From Candidatus Lustribacter sp. (GTDB lineage Bacteria; Vulcanimicrobiota; Vulcanimicrobiia; Vulcanimicrobiales; Vulcanimicrobiaceae): DNA of 64,000 nucleotides. The stretch spans positions 1,600,001 to 1,664,000 of the forward strand of contig OZ255842.1 in assembly GCA_965277805.1 (NCBI GenBank). The letters run 5' to 3'. This document shows, piece after piece, positions 49,857-60,609 of the stretch; position 1 is the stretch's first letter; every line of letters starts with the position of its first letter. A program made the translations under genes and the position numbers. Under the pieces are notes generated by a model that searched no databases, was not told the origin of the DNA, and saw only the letters and a program-made list of their open reading frames with translations.

Positions 49857-50791
49857 AGCGTTCCGTATTCACGGGTCTGATCGCGGGCGCGGCCGCAGCG
49901 CCGCGCATCGCCTCGGCGCAAGGCGCACCGACCGTCATTCGCCTCGGCACCGCGCCGGTGGAAAGCTATGCGCTTGCGTATTACGGCGTCGAGCGCGGTT
50001 TCTTCAAAGCCGCCAACCTCGACGTGCAGATCCAAACGTTTAGCGGCGGTGGCGGCGTCATGACGGCCGCGGCGGGCGGCGCGCTCGACATGGGTTGTGC
50101 CAATGTCGGGGCGCAGGCGAACGCGTACATAAAGAACTTGCCGTTTGCGATGATCGCAGGCGGCGGCAACTATTCGAGTGCGTCGCCGACAACCGTTCTC
50201 GCCGTCGCAAAGAACGCTCCGTTCAAGACCGGCAAAGACCTCAACGGCAAGACGATCGGCTGCTCGACGCTCAAAGATCTGCAGCAAGTCTCGGTGATGA
50301 AGTGGGTCGACGCCAACGGCGGTGATTCATCGACCCTCAAGTTCCTCGAGATCCCCGTTCCCGAGATGGCGCCGGCCCTTGTTGCCGGCCGTATCGACGG
50401 CGCTTGCGAACTCGAGCCGTCGCTAACGTTCGCGATGAACGACATCCGCATCTTCGGCAAGTGTTATGACGCGATTTCGAAGACGCTGACGATCACGACG
50501 CACTTTGCCAACAAAGAGTGGCTCGACAAGAACCCCGCCGCGGCCAAGGCGTTTATCGGAGCGATGAAAGCGGCCGCGCAGTGGGCCAACAAAAACCAGG
50601 CCGCTGCCGCACCGATCCTCGAGAAGGTATCCCAGATCCCGGCCTCCACCGTCGGCGTCATGCACCGCGTCGTCTTCGCCGAGACGCTCGATCCGTCGTC
50701 GATTCAGCCGGTCATCGATGCCACCGCGCAATACAAATTCATTCCCAAGACCTTCAACGTCTCCGAGATGTTCTGGTCCGGAACCAGGTAG
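49853..50791 (+). CDS. ABC transporter substrate-binding protein (SsuA/THI5/NMT1 family)
   Basis: Signal peptide, GFFKAANLDV, DLNGKTIG and ALVAGRIDG. Confidence 0.88.
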   Translation: MKRSVFTGLIAGAAAAPRIASAQGAPTVIRLGTAPVESYALAYYGVERGFFKAANLDVQIQTFSGGGGVMTAAAGGALDMGCANVGAQANAYIKNLPFAMIAGGGNYSSASPTTVLAVAKNAPFKTGKDLNGKTIGCSTLKDLQQVSVMKWVDANGGDSSTLKFLEIPVPEMAPALVAGRIDGACELEPSLTFAMNDIRIFGKCYDAISKTLTITTHFANKEWLDKNPAAAKAFIGAMKAAAQWANKNQAAAAPILEKVSQIPASTVGVMHRVVFAETLDPSSIQPVIDATAQYKFIPKTFNVSEMFWSGTR

Positions 50792-52147
50792 CTACTTAAC
50801 TTCGAGGTGCTCGGCGCCGTCCCACGGGCCGGCGCGTTCTCGCACCACCGAGAGCGTGCAGCGGTCGCGGAAGTAGGCCGCGACCGTGTCCTCGGGACAG
50901 ATCTCGGCGATGCGCGAGAAAATGCGGCCCGCTGTCAGCAGCATGCCCTTGCGGTATTCCGCCATGCCGGCCGCAAACTGCGTCTGCGTTTTGTCTTTGT
51001 GTTCGGCGAGTTCGTGCGCGTCGTTATCGTAGCACTCGTAGATCTCGACCGCTTCGGATTTGCCCTTGGCGCGCACGGCGCCGAGCGCGCGCAAGCGGAA
51101 CTTGTGATCCGACGGTAAGTTCTCGATGACCGAACCGCTCAGCAGCAGGTTGACTCCGAACGTTTTCGTCATGCCTTCGATGCGCGAGGCAAGGTTCACG
51201 GCATCCGCGATGACGGTCGTTTGCATTTGGTCTTCGGCACCGATCGTGCCCAGCATCAACGTTCCGCGATGCAAGCCGGTACCGATCTTGATCGGCGCGT
51301 AGCCGGCCAGCCGGCGGCCGTGGTTGTAGCGCGCGATCTGTTGACCCAGGTCGACCGCAGCTTGCACGGCATCGATCGCAGCACCCGGAAAGAGCGCCAT
51401 CACGCCATCGCCGAGATACTTATCGACGAAGCCGCCGCGCGCGCGGATGATAGGCGTGACGTTGCGCAAGTACGAGGTAAGAAAGCTGAAGTTCTCTTGC
51501 GGGGTCAGCCGTTCCGAGAGCTGCGTGAAATCGCGAATGTCGGAGAAAAACACCGTCATCTCGCGCTGCATGTGGTCGCCGAGCTTCACGTCGGCCAGCG
51601 ACTTGCGCTCGAGCATGTCGAGGAATTCGCGCGGGATGAAGCGGTGAACGGTTTGCGCATTTTCCCATGCCGCGTCGATGACCATCGGCGACTTGCCCGG
51701 CACGCGGAGCGGCAGCACCGCCGTTTCCGCCGCCGGCGGCTTCGGTGCAGGGTGAGAAGCGGCATAGACGCGCAGTGCGGCGGAGATGCGCTTGTGAATC
51801 AGCAGCGGGTTGCTCGCATCGTGCGGCAGCAGAATATAATCGTCGGCGCCGCGGTGCAAGCACGCTTGGACGCGGCTCGTCGCATCGATGCCGGCCACGA
51901 CGATCACCGGTATGCGGCCGGCCGGACCGTGTTCGGTCTTCGCCGTCTTCAAGAGCGCCAGCACGTCGTGGCTGTGCTGCATCACGTCGATCATCAAGAG
52001 GTCCGTCGTGCGCGCGATGAGCGTGGCGATCGCTTCGGCAGGCAGCAAGAACCGGACGACGGTGGTACCGTCGTCTTTCACGATCGATTCGAACGCCTGG
52101 TGCTCCTCGTCGGTGCCCCCGACGTACGCGATACGGACCTGGGACAA
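50792..52147 (-). CDS. class III adenylate/guanylate cyclase with N-terminal receiver-like domain
   Basis: FSDIRDFT, DKYLGDGVMA and DAVNLASRIE. TTG 52147 chosen as start because the longer ORF begins inside the glnA terminator. Confidence 0.88.
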   Translation of the reverse strand: MSQVRIAYVGGTDEEHQAFESIVKDDGTTVVRFLLPAEAIATLIARTTDLLMIDVMQHSHDVLALLKTAKTEHGPAGRIPVIVVAGIDATSRVQACLHRGADDYILLPHDASNPLLIHKRISAALRVYAASHPAPKPPAAETAVLPLRVPGKSPMVIDAAWENAQTVHRFIPREFLDMLERKSLADVKLGDHMQREMTVFFSDIRDFTQLSERLTPQENFSFLTSYLRNVTPIIRARGGFVDKYLGDGVMALFPGAAIDAVQAAVDLGQQIARYNHGRRLAGYAPIKIGTGLHRGTLMLGTIGAEDQMQTTVIADAVNLASRIEGMTKTFGVNLLLSGSVIENLPSDHKFRLRALGAVRAKGKSEAVEIYECYDNDAHELAEHKDKTQTQFAAGMAEYRKGMLLTAGRIFSRIAEICPEDTVAAYFRDRCTLSVVRERAGPWDGAEHLEVK

Positions 52148-52234
52148 ACTAAAACCCCCGTCGGCGCGTTGGGCAAGCAAGCGCCTCGTCCCCGCTATCC
52201 TGGCCGTAACGCGCCCGAACCTGTGATCGGCGAC

Positions 52235-52267
52235 AAAAAAAGGCGGCCACATCCGTGACCGCCTTTT
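52235..52267 (-). terminator. intrinsic terminator after glnA (possibly bidirectional)
   Basis: Minus strand AAAAGGCGGTCAC-GGAT-GTGGCCGCC followed by T7. Confidence 0.8.
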
Positions 52268-52305
52268 CGCGGGAGCAATTGGATTAAATTTCGGCTAGAC
52301 CGGCT

Positions 52306-53739
52306 CTAGAACAGGTTCCAGAGGTACTGGTTGTAGATCTCGTGATGGTACTGAACCTCTTCCGGTTTAACGAACGTCCCTAGGAGGCGCGGGCAGCGGT
52401 CTGCGCTGGCCTGCTTGAGGTCGGCGTAGCGGCCCTTCACGTCCTCACCCAGGATCGTGCTGATCCAACTCGAGTTGTTGAAATCGGTGAGGGCGTCGTA
52501 GATATTGTCGGGCAGGTAGCGATCGGCCGTGCGCAGGTTCTTCTCGGTCGAGATCGTTCCGTCGAGGCCGGTCTTGAACACCGTGTAGAGCACCGCGTAC
52601 GGGTTGGCGTCCGGGCCGACCGACCGGACCTCGACGCGCGAGCTGCGCTCGTTGCCGATCGGAACCCGGACCATCGAACCGCGGTCAACGGCTGAGGCCT
52701 TGATTTGGTTCGGCGCCTCGAAGTGCGGGTCGAGGCGGCGATACGCGTTGACGCTGGCGTTATAGATGAGGCACGTGTCGCGGCCGACCGTCAGGATGCG
52801 GTCGATGAACTTCCAGCCGAAGTCGCTGAGCTTTTCATCGCCTTTGGCGTCCCACATCAGGTTCTTGCCGCCCTTGCCGTTCACCGAGACGTTGGTGTGC
52901 ATGCCGCTGCCGTTGACGCCGACGACGGGCTTGGGCAGGAAGCTGGCGCTCAAACCGAGGTTCGTCGCCACTTGACGGCAGATCAGCTTGTAGAGCTGGA
53001 TCGTGTCGGCCGCAGCGGTCACTTCGCCGTAGCTGTAGTTGATCTCGAACTGTGAGGGCGCAACTTCCGGATGGTCTTTTTCATTTTCGAAGCCCATCGC
53101 GCGCTGCACTTCGGCGACCGTATCGATGAACTGGCGCAGCGGATCGCCCGGCAGCGAATGGTAGTAGCCGCCGGTGTTGACGTACTTGAACTCGCGCGTC
53201 TCGTGGTACTTGCGCTCGGCGTCGAGTCCGTCGAAGACGAAGCCTTCGATTTCGTTGGCCGCGTTGAGCGTGTAGCCGTCTTTCTCGAACTTGTCGTTAG
53301 AGTATTTTTTGAGAATGCCGCGCATGTCGGCGCCGAACGGCGTGCCGTCCTTGTCGATCACTTCGCCGAAGACGAGTACTTTGCCCGAACCGAAGATGTC
53401 GCCGGGCACCCAATAGAAGGCGCTCCAGTCTACGAACAGCCGCAAGTCGCTTTCTTTTTGCGCCGTGAAGCCGCGAATCGACGAACCGTCGAAGGTGAGG
53501 TTGTCGGCCGACTTGATCAAGAATTTCTTGTCGTAGTCGAGCATGTGCAGCCGGCCTTCGAGATCGCTGAAGCACAGCGTGACGGCCTTGATGCGCTTCT
53601 CACCCGAGAGATATTTCAGGCGCTCTTCCTGCAGCTTGTGCATCGCGACGCGGTCCTTGCGCTGCTGCTTGGCCGCGAGGTTCAGCTCTTCGAGCTCCCC
53701 GTACGGCAACATGAGGTAATCGCGTAGGTCGGCACTCAT
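52306..53739 (-). CDS. glnA: glutamine synthetase family protein
   Basis: FDGSSIRGF, HPEVAPSQFE, PKP...NGSGMH, YRRL and RVEVRS...DANPY. Confidence 0.9.
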   Translation of the reverse strand: MSADLRDYLMLPYGELEELNLAAKQQRKDRVAMHKLQEERLKYLSGEKRIKAVTLCFSDLEGRLHMLDYDKKFLIKSADNLTFDGSSIRGFTAQKESDLRLFVDWSAFYWVPGDIFGSGKVLVFGEVIDKDGTPFGADMRGILKKYSNDKFEKDGYTLNAANEIEGFVFDGLDAERKYHETREFKYVNTGGYYHSLPGDPLRQFIDTVAEVQRAMGFENEKDHPEVAPSQFEINYSYGEVTAAADTIQLYKLICRQVATNLGLSASFLPKPVVGVNGSGMHTNVSVNGKGGKNLMWDAKGDEKLSDFGWKFIDRILTVGRDTCLIYNASVNAYRRLDPHFEAPNQIKASAVDRGSMVRVPIGNERSSRVEVRSVGPDANPYAVLYTVFKTGLDGTISTEKNLRTADRYLPDNIYDALTDFNNSSWISTILGEDVKGRYADLKQASADRCPRLLGTFVKPEEVQYHHEIYNQYLWNLF

Positions 53740-53906
53740 CGTAGACTCTTGCACTCCTTGGCGTGGATCAATAGGCCGTGGTAACTAGGGCCAAAGTCGA
53801 CACAATTGCCAGCCGGGCGCCCGAACCCTCGGGCCATTTGGCGCACCGGTATGGCGGCCCGTGCCCTTTGTGGTGAAATCGGCCAGTCCGCCCTAGGGCG
53901 AGCCGG

Positions 53907-54377
53907 CTACTCTTCGACGAATTGCGGTCCGAGGCCGAATGTTTTCCAGTCGAAGCCCTGATCGCGGAAGCCGGTATCGACCTCGACGTTCCATTCTTGC
54001 GGGGGCTGGTCGACGACGACGACGGCACCGCCGGCGAGGCTCTCGAGCACGCGCCATAAATAGCGCACGACGAGGCAGCGCGTGAATTCGTTCATGCGGC
54101 CCCATTGATCGGTGGCAGTGAGTTCGAGCCGCGTCTCTTGCTCCGACTTCCACACGCTGTAGTCGGTGAAGATGTCACCGTACTTTTGTTTGGGACCCGC
54201 CAGCACGGTCTTGATGCGGGCTTCCAGGTCGGGAGCGCGCTTGCGTTGGGTCCGGATACGGGCCTGCGCTTCAGCGCGCCAACGCATCCACGCCAACACC
54301 GCCAAAATCGCGACAACGATGACGCCGACGATCGCGATCACGAGCATGGTCAACGTTTTTCGCCCATTACTCCGCAC
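53907..54377 (-). CDS. hypothetical single-pass membrane protein
   Basis: N-terminal transmembrane segment; GGAG before the GTG. Confidence 0.6.
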   Translation of the reverse strand: MRSNGRKTLTMLVIAIVGVIVVAILAVLAWMRWRAEAQARIRTQRKRAPDLEARIKTVLAGPKQKYGDIFTDYSVWKSEQETRLELTATDQWGRMNEFTRCLVVRYLWRVLESLAGGAVVVVDQPPQEWNVEVDTGFRDQGFDWKTFGLGPQFVEE

Positions 54378-54505
54378 TTCTCCATTGGACGCGCCCTACG
54401 GCACGTAGCCTTCCGCTCCCTTGGCGCCTAAGCATTTTGTGGCAGAATTGTTCGGGTCATACCGAGTCGCAACTCCGATGAAAAGATTCTGGGTCTAAGC
54501 AGCCG

Positions 54506-54904
54506 ATGAAAGACGTCGCAAAAACCGATGCCGAGTGGCGCGCCGCGCTGCCGCCCGACCGCTACGCCGTGTTGCGCGAGGCCGCGACGGAGCCGCCCTT
54601 CAGCGGAGCCCTCTACCACAATAAAGAGCAGGGCACGTACACCTGCGGCGCCTGCGGCGCACCGCTGTTTTCATCCGACACGAAGTATGAAAGCGGTAGC
54701 GGGTGGCCGAGTTTCTTCGACCCGCTCACGAGCGACGCGGTGAAGGTCGTCGAAGACCGTTCGCACGGCATGGTGCGTCGCGAAGTGCGTTGCGCGCGCT
54801 GCGATTCGCATCTCGGGCACGTGTTTGAAGACGGCCCGCAACCCACCGGTGAACGCTACTGCATGAACTCGCTAGCGCTGGAATTCACACCGCCGGGGAA
54901 ATAG
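54506..54904 (+). CDS. msrB: peptide-methionine (R)-S-oxide reductase
   Basis: [23 protein letters not shown] and two CxxC motifs. Confidence 0.97.
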   Translation: MKDVAKTDAEWRAALPPDRYAVLREAATEPPFSGALYHNKEQGTYTCGACGAPLFSSDTKYESGSGWPSFFDPLTSDAVKVVEDRSHGMVRREVRCARCDSHLGHVFEDGPQPTGERYCMNSLALEFTPPGK

Positions 54905-56231
54905 CGTCCTCGAGGCCCGCAGCAATGCGCAGCAGGCCGCCATCCTCGCCGCGCCGTCCCACCAGCATCAAGCCGACCGGCGCTCCGCCGGCGACGGTGA
55001 GCGGTAGCGAGACGGCGCAGCCGTCGAGGACGTTCACCGCGCTCGTATTGCGCAGCACAAGCGCATTGATCCGTGCGTACAGTTCGGGATCGGCGATGAG
55101 ATCGGCGATCGGCGGCGGCACGATCGCGACCGTCGGCCAAAGCAACGCATCGTAATTCGCCGTTTCCGTTTCGAACGCGGCGATGTACGCGTCGCGACCG
55201 CGCAGCAGATCGATGTAATCGGCCGCGCTGATCCCCTCGCCGCCCCGGATGCGCTTAGCGATCTCTGGGTCGTAGCGCGCTTCGTCTTTGGCAATCAGAT
55301 CACGGTGCCACCAGTACGCCTCGGCCGCCGAAATATTCACTTTCCCTTGAAGTGCGGGTAGCCGCTCGAACGCCTTTAGGGGCAACTCATCGATCGCTGC
55401 CCCGGCCGCGCGCAATCGCACGAGCGCGGCCTCGAAGGCGCTGCTCACGGCGTCGTCGAGCGCGACGCGCACGTGATTCACCGGCGCGAGAAACCGCAAG
55501 CCGGAAACCGGCCGCCGAACGAGCGCTGCCGGCGTCTCGCCGGCGAGGATCGCGTCGACCGTCGCGCAGTCCGCCACGTTGCGCGCGAGCGGTCCGATCG
55601 AATCGAGCGTGAACGAAAGCGGATAGGCTCCGGTGAGTGAAACGCGCCGCGCGGTCGGCTTGAAGCCGGTCAGGCCGCAGAGCGCTGACGGAATGCGCAC
55701 GGAACCGCCGGTATCGGTGCCGATCGCCACCACGGCCATGTCGTCGGTGACCGACACCGCCGCGCCGGATGACGATCCGCCCGGAATGCGGCCCACCGCG
55801 CGCTCGTAGGGTGCGCGCGGCGTGCCGTAGTGCGGGTTGATCCCCAGCCCCGAGTAGGCGAACTCCGTCATGTTGGTCTTGCCGACCATCACCGCGCCCG
55901 CGCGGCGCAAACGCGTCACGATCACCGCGTCGGCAGTTGCCGCCGGCGCACCGTCGAGCACGATCGAACCGGCGCGCGTCTGGCGGCCGGCGACGTCGAA
56001 GAGGTCCTTTACCGAAACCGGCAGTCCCGCCAGCGGCGAAGGAACGGCACCCGCGCGGCGCTGCGCATCGGCAACGTCCGCGGCCGTGCGCGCTTCGTGG
56101 TGAAACACCATCGTGAACGTGCGCGCGCCCTCGCCGGCCGGGTCGTCGATGCGCGCAAGCGCGGCTTCGCATAGCTCGCGGCTGGAGACCTCACCGCGGT
56201 CGAGTTGCTCGCGAAGCTGCCGGATCGTCAT
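54885..56231 (-). CDS. amidase-signature family amidase
   Basis: VKDLFD, GKTN, GGSSSG and [12 protein letters not shown]. Confidence 0.93.
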   Translation of the reverse strand: MTIRQLREQLDRGEVSSRELCEAALARIDDPAGEGARTFTMVFHHEARTAADVADAQRRAGAVPSPLAGLPVSVKDLFDVAGRQTRAGSIVLDGAPAATADAVIVTRLRRAGAVMVGKTNMTEFAYSGLGINPHYGTPRAPYERAVGRIPGGSSSGAAVSVTDDMAVVAIGTDTGGSVRIPSALCGLTGFKPTARRVSLTGAYPLSFTLDSIGPLARNVADCATVDAILAGETPAALVRRPVSGLRFLAPVNHVRVALDDAVSSAFEAALVRLRAAGAAIDELPLKAFERLPALQGKVNISAAEAYWWHRDLIAKDEARYDPEIAKRIRGGEGISAADYIDLLRGRDAYIAAFETETANYDALLWPTVAIVPPPIADLIADPELYARINALVLRNTSAVNVLDGCAVSLPLTVAGGAPVGLMLVGRRGEDGGLLRIAAGLEDAISPAV

Positions 56232-56312
56232 GCCGCGGCCTTCGCGCGCGAGCTTCCGCATCCCAGCCCGCAGCCGAAGAGGGATGCGGGGCGCGGATTC
56301 CAAGATGCCGGA

Positions 56313-57905
56313 GTGCAGGATACGCAAGTTCTCATCGTCGGCGCCGGTCCCGTTGGTCTCACGCTTGCGCTCGACCTCGCGCGGCGCGGCGTGCGCGCGA
56401 CGCTGGTCGAGAAAAATCCGACCTCGATTCAGTTGCCGAAGATGGAACGCTGCAACATGCGGACGATGGAGATCTTCCGCCGTTTAGGCATCGCCGAAAC
56501 CGTGCGCAACGCCGGCCTGCCGCGCGAATCGCCGATGGACGTGTTCCTCGCCGACTCGATGGGCGCCGCGCAGCCGATCGTGCACCTGCCCTACCCCTCC
56601 GTCGCCGACGCGAAGGCGACGATCGCCGCCAACAACGACGGCCGGCCGCTCGAACCCTACCAGCTGATCTCGCAGTACACGCTCGAACCGCTGCTTCGAT
56701 CGATCGCCGAAACGCGCCCCGAGCTGACGATCCGTTTCAGCTGCGAGATGACGTCGTTCGCCGAAGACGAGACCGGCGTCACCGCTACGCTCGATACCGA
56801 CTCCGGCCCCGACACGATCCGCGCGGCGTACATCGTCGGCTGCGACGGCGGCGCCAGCACCGTGCGCAAACAGCTCGGCATCGCACTGAACGGCCAAGGG
56901 CGCATCCGCAAACTGCGTCAGGCGCTCTTTCACGCGCCCGATCTCTACGAGCGAATTCCGATGGGCAAAGGCCGGCACTACCACATCGCAACGCGGCCGT
57001 TCTTTCCGTTCATCATCATTCAAGACTCGACCAAGCACTGGACGCTGCACGCGGCCGCCGAGACCGATGCCGAGATGACCGAGATTTTCCGCGGGGCGCT
57101 CGGCATGGACGTGCCGTTCGAAACGCTCTCGGTCAACGAGTGGACGCAACATCTGCTGTGCGCGGACAGTTACCGCACCGGCCGGGCATTCATCGCGGGC
57201 GATGCCGCGCATCTCGTGATTCCGACCGGCGGCCTCGGCATGAACACCGGCGTCGGCGATGCGACCGACTTGAGCTGGAAACTCGCCGCCACGCTCGCCG
57301 GCTGGGGCGGCCCGGGCTTGCTCGATTCGTACGAAACGGAACGGCGTCAGATCGGCTTGCGCAACGTGCGGGCCTCGGGCGCCGCGATGGACGGACGCAC
57401 GACCTGGCGCGCCGCCGAGACGCGCGAAGACATGGCCAAAGCGTTCGACGCGGAGCAGCGCAAAGTCACCGAGATCGCCGGCATCGAGGCCGGTTACCGG
57501 TACGTGGATTCGCCGGTCGTGTGGGCGGAGGCCGGAGAGGGCCCCGATCCGGACAATCGCGCCTACGTGCCCACCACGTGGCCGGGCTTCCGTCTGCCGC
57601 ACGTATGGCTCGAAGACGGCAGCGCACTGCACGACCGCCTCGGCTTCGGCTACACGCTGCTGCAACTCGGCAACGCGCCGGCCGCGACCGATGCCTTCGA
57701 ACGTGAGCTGCGCGCGGCCGGCGCACCGCTCGACGTGCTGCGCGTCCCCGATGCGCGCGCGCGAGAGATCTACGACCGCGATCTGGTGCTGGTGCGCCCC
57801 GACCTGCACGTTGCATGGCGCGGCAATGCGCTGCCCGCCGACCCGCAGGCCGTCGCCGCAACGGTCACGGGACGCTTGGGGTCAGGCCGTCCCGTCGGGG
57901 TGTAA
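56313..57905 (+). CDS. FAD-dependent aromatic monooxygenase (PheA/TfdB-like)
   Basis: VGAGPVGL, GCDGGAS, AGDAAH...PTGGLGMNTG and VRPDLHVAWR. Confidence 0.9.
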   Translation: MQDTQVLIVGAGPVGLTLALDLARRGVRATLVEKNPTSIQLPKMERCNMRTMEIFRRLGIAETVRNAGLPRESPMDVFLADSMGAAQPIVHLPYPSVADAKATIAANNDGRPLEPYQLISQYTLEPLLRSIAETRPELTIRFSCEMTSFAEDETGVTATLDTDSGPDTIRAAYIVGCDGGASTVRKQLGIALNGQGRIRKLRQALFHAPDLYERIPMGKGRHYHIATRPFFPFIIIQDSTKHWTLHAAAETDAEMTEIFRGALGMDVPFETLSVNEWTQHLLCADSYRTGRAFIAGDAAHLVIPTGGLGMNTGVGDATDLSWKLAATLAGWGGPGLLDSYETERRQIGLRNVRASGAAMDGRTTWRAAETREDMAKAFDAEQRKVTEIAGIEAGYRYVDSPVVWAEAGEGPDPDNRAYVPTTWPGFRLPHVWLEDGSALHDRLGFGYTLLQLGNAPAATDAFERELRAAGAPLDVLRVPDARAREIYDRDLVLVRPDLHVAWRGNALPADPQAVAATVTGRLGSGRPVGV

Positions 57906-57916
57906 CGCCGCGTAGG

Positions 57917-58972
57917 TCAACCGCGCGGGCCTTTGTAGGGGCCGAGCTCCTTGAGCACGTCGTTGAGGATCGACTCGTCGACGACGTCTTCGACCTTCAC
58001 GTTGCCGTCGATCAACCCTTGATCTTTGAAGTATTGGAGATCTTTGCGCATGCTCGCGACGTTGAGCTTGCCGTCCGGGTCGATCGAACCGGGCGTCATG
58101 TTCTTGTACGCTACCGGGTCTTTGACGTTGGTTGCCGCGCTCAGGATCGAGATCACGTCGGCGGCATTCGGGCCGGCGAAGTGGCCGCCGTGCAGCGCAC
58201 CCACGTAGTACCGCGCGGCGCGCAAATACGCGCGCATGAACTTCCGGGCGAGATCGCGGTGTTCGCGAATGAAGGCGCCGCCGAAGATCAGCACCGAGAT
58301 TTCCTGGTTCGGATACCATGCGTCATCGCCCATGATGCGCGTCGCGCTGCCCGAGAGGACGGCTTGCGAGGCTTGCGGTTCGGTCGTGATGCTGGCGTCG
58401 ACGCGGCCGTTCTCGAGCGCCGCGACGTGATCGGGATAATCGAGGTTCACGCGCTTGACGTCGCTGAACGTCAGGCCGTACTTCTTCAGCAGCTCGAAGA
58501 GCGCCACGGTCGAGACGCTGCCGGGCTGGTTGCCTGCGATCGTCATGCCCTTGAGATCTTTGGGCGATTTATAGCGGCCGCTCTTGACCAAATCGGTGCG
58601 CACGAGTAGCGGATCGAAACCGTAGCCGGCCGTGTCCGAGGCGCGGTCGGCTACGACCTTGACGTCGATCCCATGCGCGGCCGCGTTGTAGATGCCGACC
58701 GCCGGCGCACCGCCGCCCGCGTCGAGTTGACCGCTGCTGAGCGGAACCACCATATCGCCGGCCGAGGCGAACGTCGTGAAGGTGATGTTGAGCCCTTCGT
58801 CCTTGAAGTACCCCTTCTTGTCGGCGATCAGAAACGGCGCGTCGCTGCCGACGTTGAGCACGCCGACGCGAACCGTGACGGCATCGGCACCGCGCACCGA
58901 ACCCGACGGCGCGAGCGCCGCCAAGAGACCGGCCGCGAGCGCTGCCGCCACGATTCGCCGCACCCGGATCAC
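57917..58972 (-). CDS. ABC transporter substrate-binding protein (SsuA/THI5 family)
   Basis: Signal peptide, KGYFKDEGL, DLKG and ALENGRVDA. Confidence 0.9.
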   Translation of the reverse strand: MIRVRRIVAAALAAGLLAALAPSGSVRGADAVTVRVGVLNVGSDAPFLIADKKGYFKDEGLNITFTTFASAGDMVVPLSSGQLDAGGGAPAVGIYNAAAHGIDVKVVADRASDTAGYGFDPLLVRTDLVKSGRYKSPKDLKGMTIAGNQPGSVSTVALFELLKKYGLTFSDVKRVNLDYPDHVAALENGRVDASITTEPQASQAVLSGSATRIMGDDAWYPNQEISVLIFGGAFIREHRDLARKFMRAYLRAARYYVGALHGGHFAGPNAADVISILSAATNVKDPVAYKNMTPGSIDPDGKLNVASMRKDLQYFKDQGLIDGNVKVEDVVDESILNDVLKELGPYKGPRG

Positions 58973-60609
58973 AGGTCGCGGATCTCGGTATTCATCGCCA
59001 CGTCGCTGCGGCGGCGCGCGATCAGGGTCTCGCCGTATTTGAAGTAGTCGCCGTTGACCGCATCCTGCGCGGCTTGATCGAACTCATCCGACCACTCGCC
59101 GAGCGAATAGCCATACCACGGGGTCTGCGGGCGCAGCGCGGGCAGGCCGAGTTCTTCCCAGATCTTCTTCGCGTTCTCCATGTACTCGCGCTTGGGCAGC
59201 GAGATCGGGGGAAATTTCTCCTTGAGCATCGCGTTGACGAGCATCGCGGAATCTTGGCCGTTGTTGCGCTTGCTGCGCGGGCCGTGACCTTGGTCCTTGT
59301 GGTCGATGATCTGGATATCGAGCACGGGGTTCGCGCGATAGGCCATCGCCCACAGAAGCATGTCGGAGTTTTTGGGGTCGATGTCTTCGTTGACGGCGAT
59401 AACGTATTTGCCGGCCGCCGCGTGCAGCGACATCGCGCCGGTCAACGCGCGCCAGACTTCGGGTTCCGACGCCGTGTCCTTCATCGTGACGATGATGAAC
59501 TTGCGCAGGTTGGTCAACGGCTCATGCATCGATACCTTGATGACGCTGCGGCAGCCGAGCACGTTTTTCAGGTGGTCGAGCAGCATCGGCTCCATCGCCA
59601 CGCGCTTCATCAGGCTCGATTCGCTCGGCGTGACTTGCGAAATGATCGAGGTCAGGATCGCCTTCCGCTTGCGCGTGATTGCGGTCACCTCCATGTACGC
59701 GTTGTATTCCTGAAGGTTGACGTGGCCGTGCGATTCTCCGAACGGCGCCTCCGGTTCGAGATCCTTCGTCGAGATGTAGCCTTCGATGACGATCTCGGCT
59801 TCGGCCGGCACGAGCAAGTCGACGGTCTTCGCGCGCACCACGTTGATCGGACCGCCGACGAGGCCGCCCGCAACTTCGAATTCATCGAGCGTTTCGGGGA
59901 CCTTCTGCGCCGAGGTGAACGCGACCGACGGCGGACAGCCCAGCACGACCGCAGCGGCCATTTTCTCGCCGCGCGCGCGATATTTTTCCCAGTGCACGTA
60001 GATGCCGGGACGCAGCTCGAGCGACGGATTCATGCCCAGCCGCGTCGGCGACTTCACTTGACCCCGGTAGTTGCCCATGTTTTGGATGCCGGTGTCGGGG
60101 TCTTTGGTGATGTACTGCGAGAGCGTCGTGTAGGGACCGTTGTCCCAGCCGGGGGTCGAGATCGGCACGGGAATGCCGTCGAGGCCTTGGCCCGGCTTGA
60201 GCAAGTCGTCGCCCATGTAGACGATCTCTTGGCACGGCGCATCTTCGACGATCTTCGGCTTGATGGGTGAGGCCATCGCGTGCTGCCAGGTTTCCTCGAT
60301 CTTCTCGACCGGCACGCCCATGCCGATGCGATAGATCTCCTCGTTGGCGGCGATCGCACCGACGACGACCGGGATGTCGTACGTGCGGCCTTTGCTATCG
60401 GTGACGTTGGTGAAGAGAAACGCCTTACGGTCTTTCTCCTCGATGCCGCCCCGGAATTGCCACCGCACCAGCGGATGCATCTCGGTGTCCTTGTTGATCG
60501 GACGGTCGACGGTGATCAGCAGACCGGCAGCATCGAGCGCCTTGATGTGCTCGTGAAGATCGGGGTAGTTGCGCGGCGGCGCAGCCACCGGTTTTTGCGG
60601 TGCTAGCAT
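58969..60609 (-). CDS. UbiD family prenyl-FMN-dependent (de)carboxylase
   Basis: NMGNYRG, VPAEAEIVIEG, EAPFGE and LLWAM. Confidence 0.92.
   Translation of the reverse strand: MLAPQKPVAAPPRNYPDLHEHIKALDAAGLLITVDRPINKDTEMHPLVRWQFRGGIEEKDRKAFLFTNVTDSKGRTYDIPVVVGAIAANEEIYRIGMGVPVEKIEETWQHAMASPIKPKIVEDAPCQEIVYMGDDLLKPGQGLDGIPVPISTPGWDNGPYTTLSQYITKDPDTGIQNMGNYRGQVKSPTRLGMNPSLELRPGIYVHWEKYRARGEKMAAAVVLGCPPSVAFTSAQKVPETLDEFEVAGGLVGGPINVVRAKTVDLLVPAEAEIVIEGYISTKDLEPEAPFGESHGHVNLQEYNAYMEVTAITRKRKAILTSIISQVTPSESSLMKRVAMEPMLLDHLKNVLGCRSVIKVSMHEPLTNLRKFIIVTMKDTASEPEVWRALTGAMSLHAAAGKYVIAVNEDIDPKNSDMLLWAMAYRANPVLDIQIIDHKDQGHGPRSKRNNGQDSAMLVNAMLKEKFPPISLPKREYMENAKKIWEELGLPALRPQTPWYGYSLGEWSDEFDQAAQDAVNGDYFKYGETLIARRRSDVAMNTEIRDL

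Noticed and set aside
53790-53880. NtrC-like boxes and a sigma54 promoter upstream of glnA
   Set aside because: Only partial matches to TGCACC-N5-GGTGCA, and no correctly spaced GG/GC -24/-12 pair.
54469-54498. ECF-type promoter GCAACT-N18-GTCTAA before msrB
   Set aside because: Plausible, but the spacer is long and it is a single instance.
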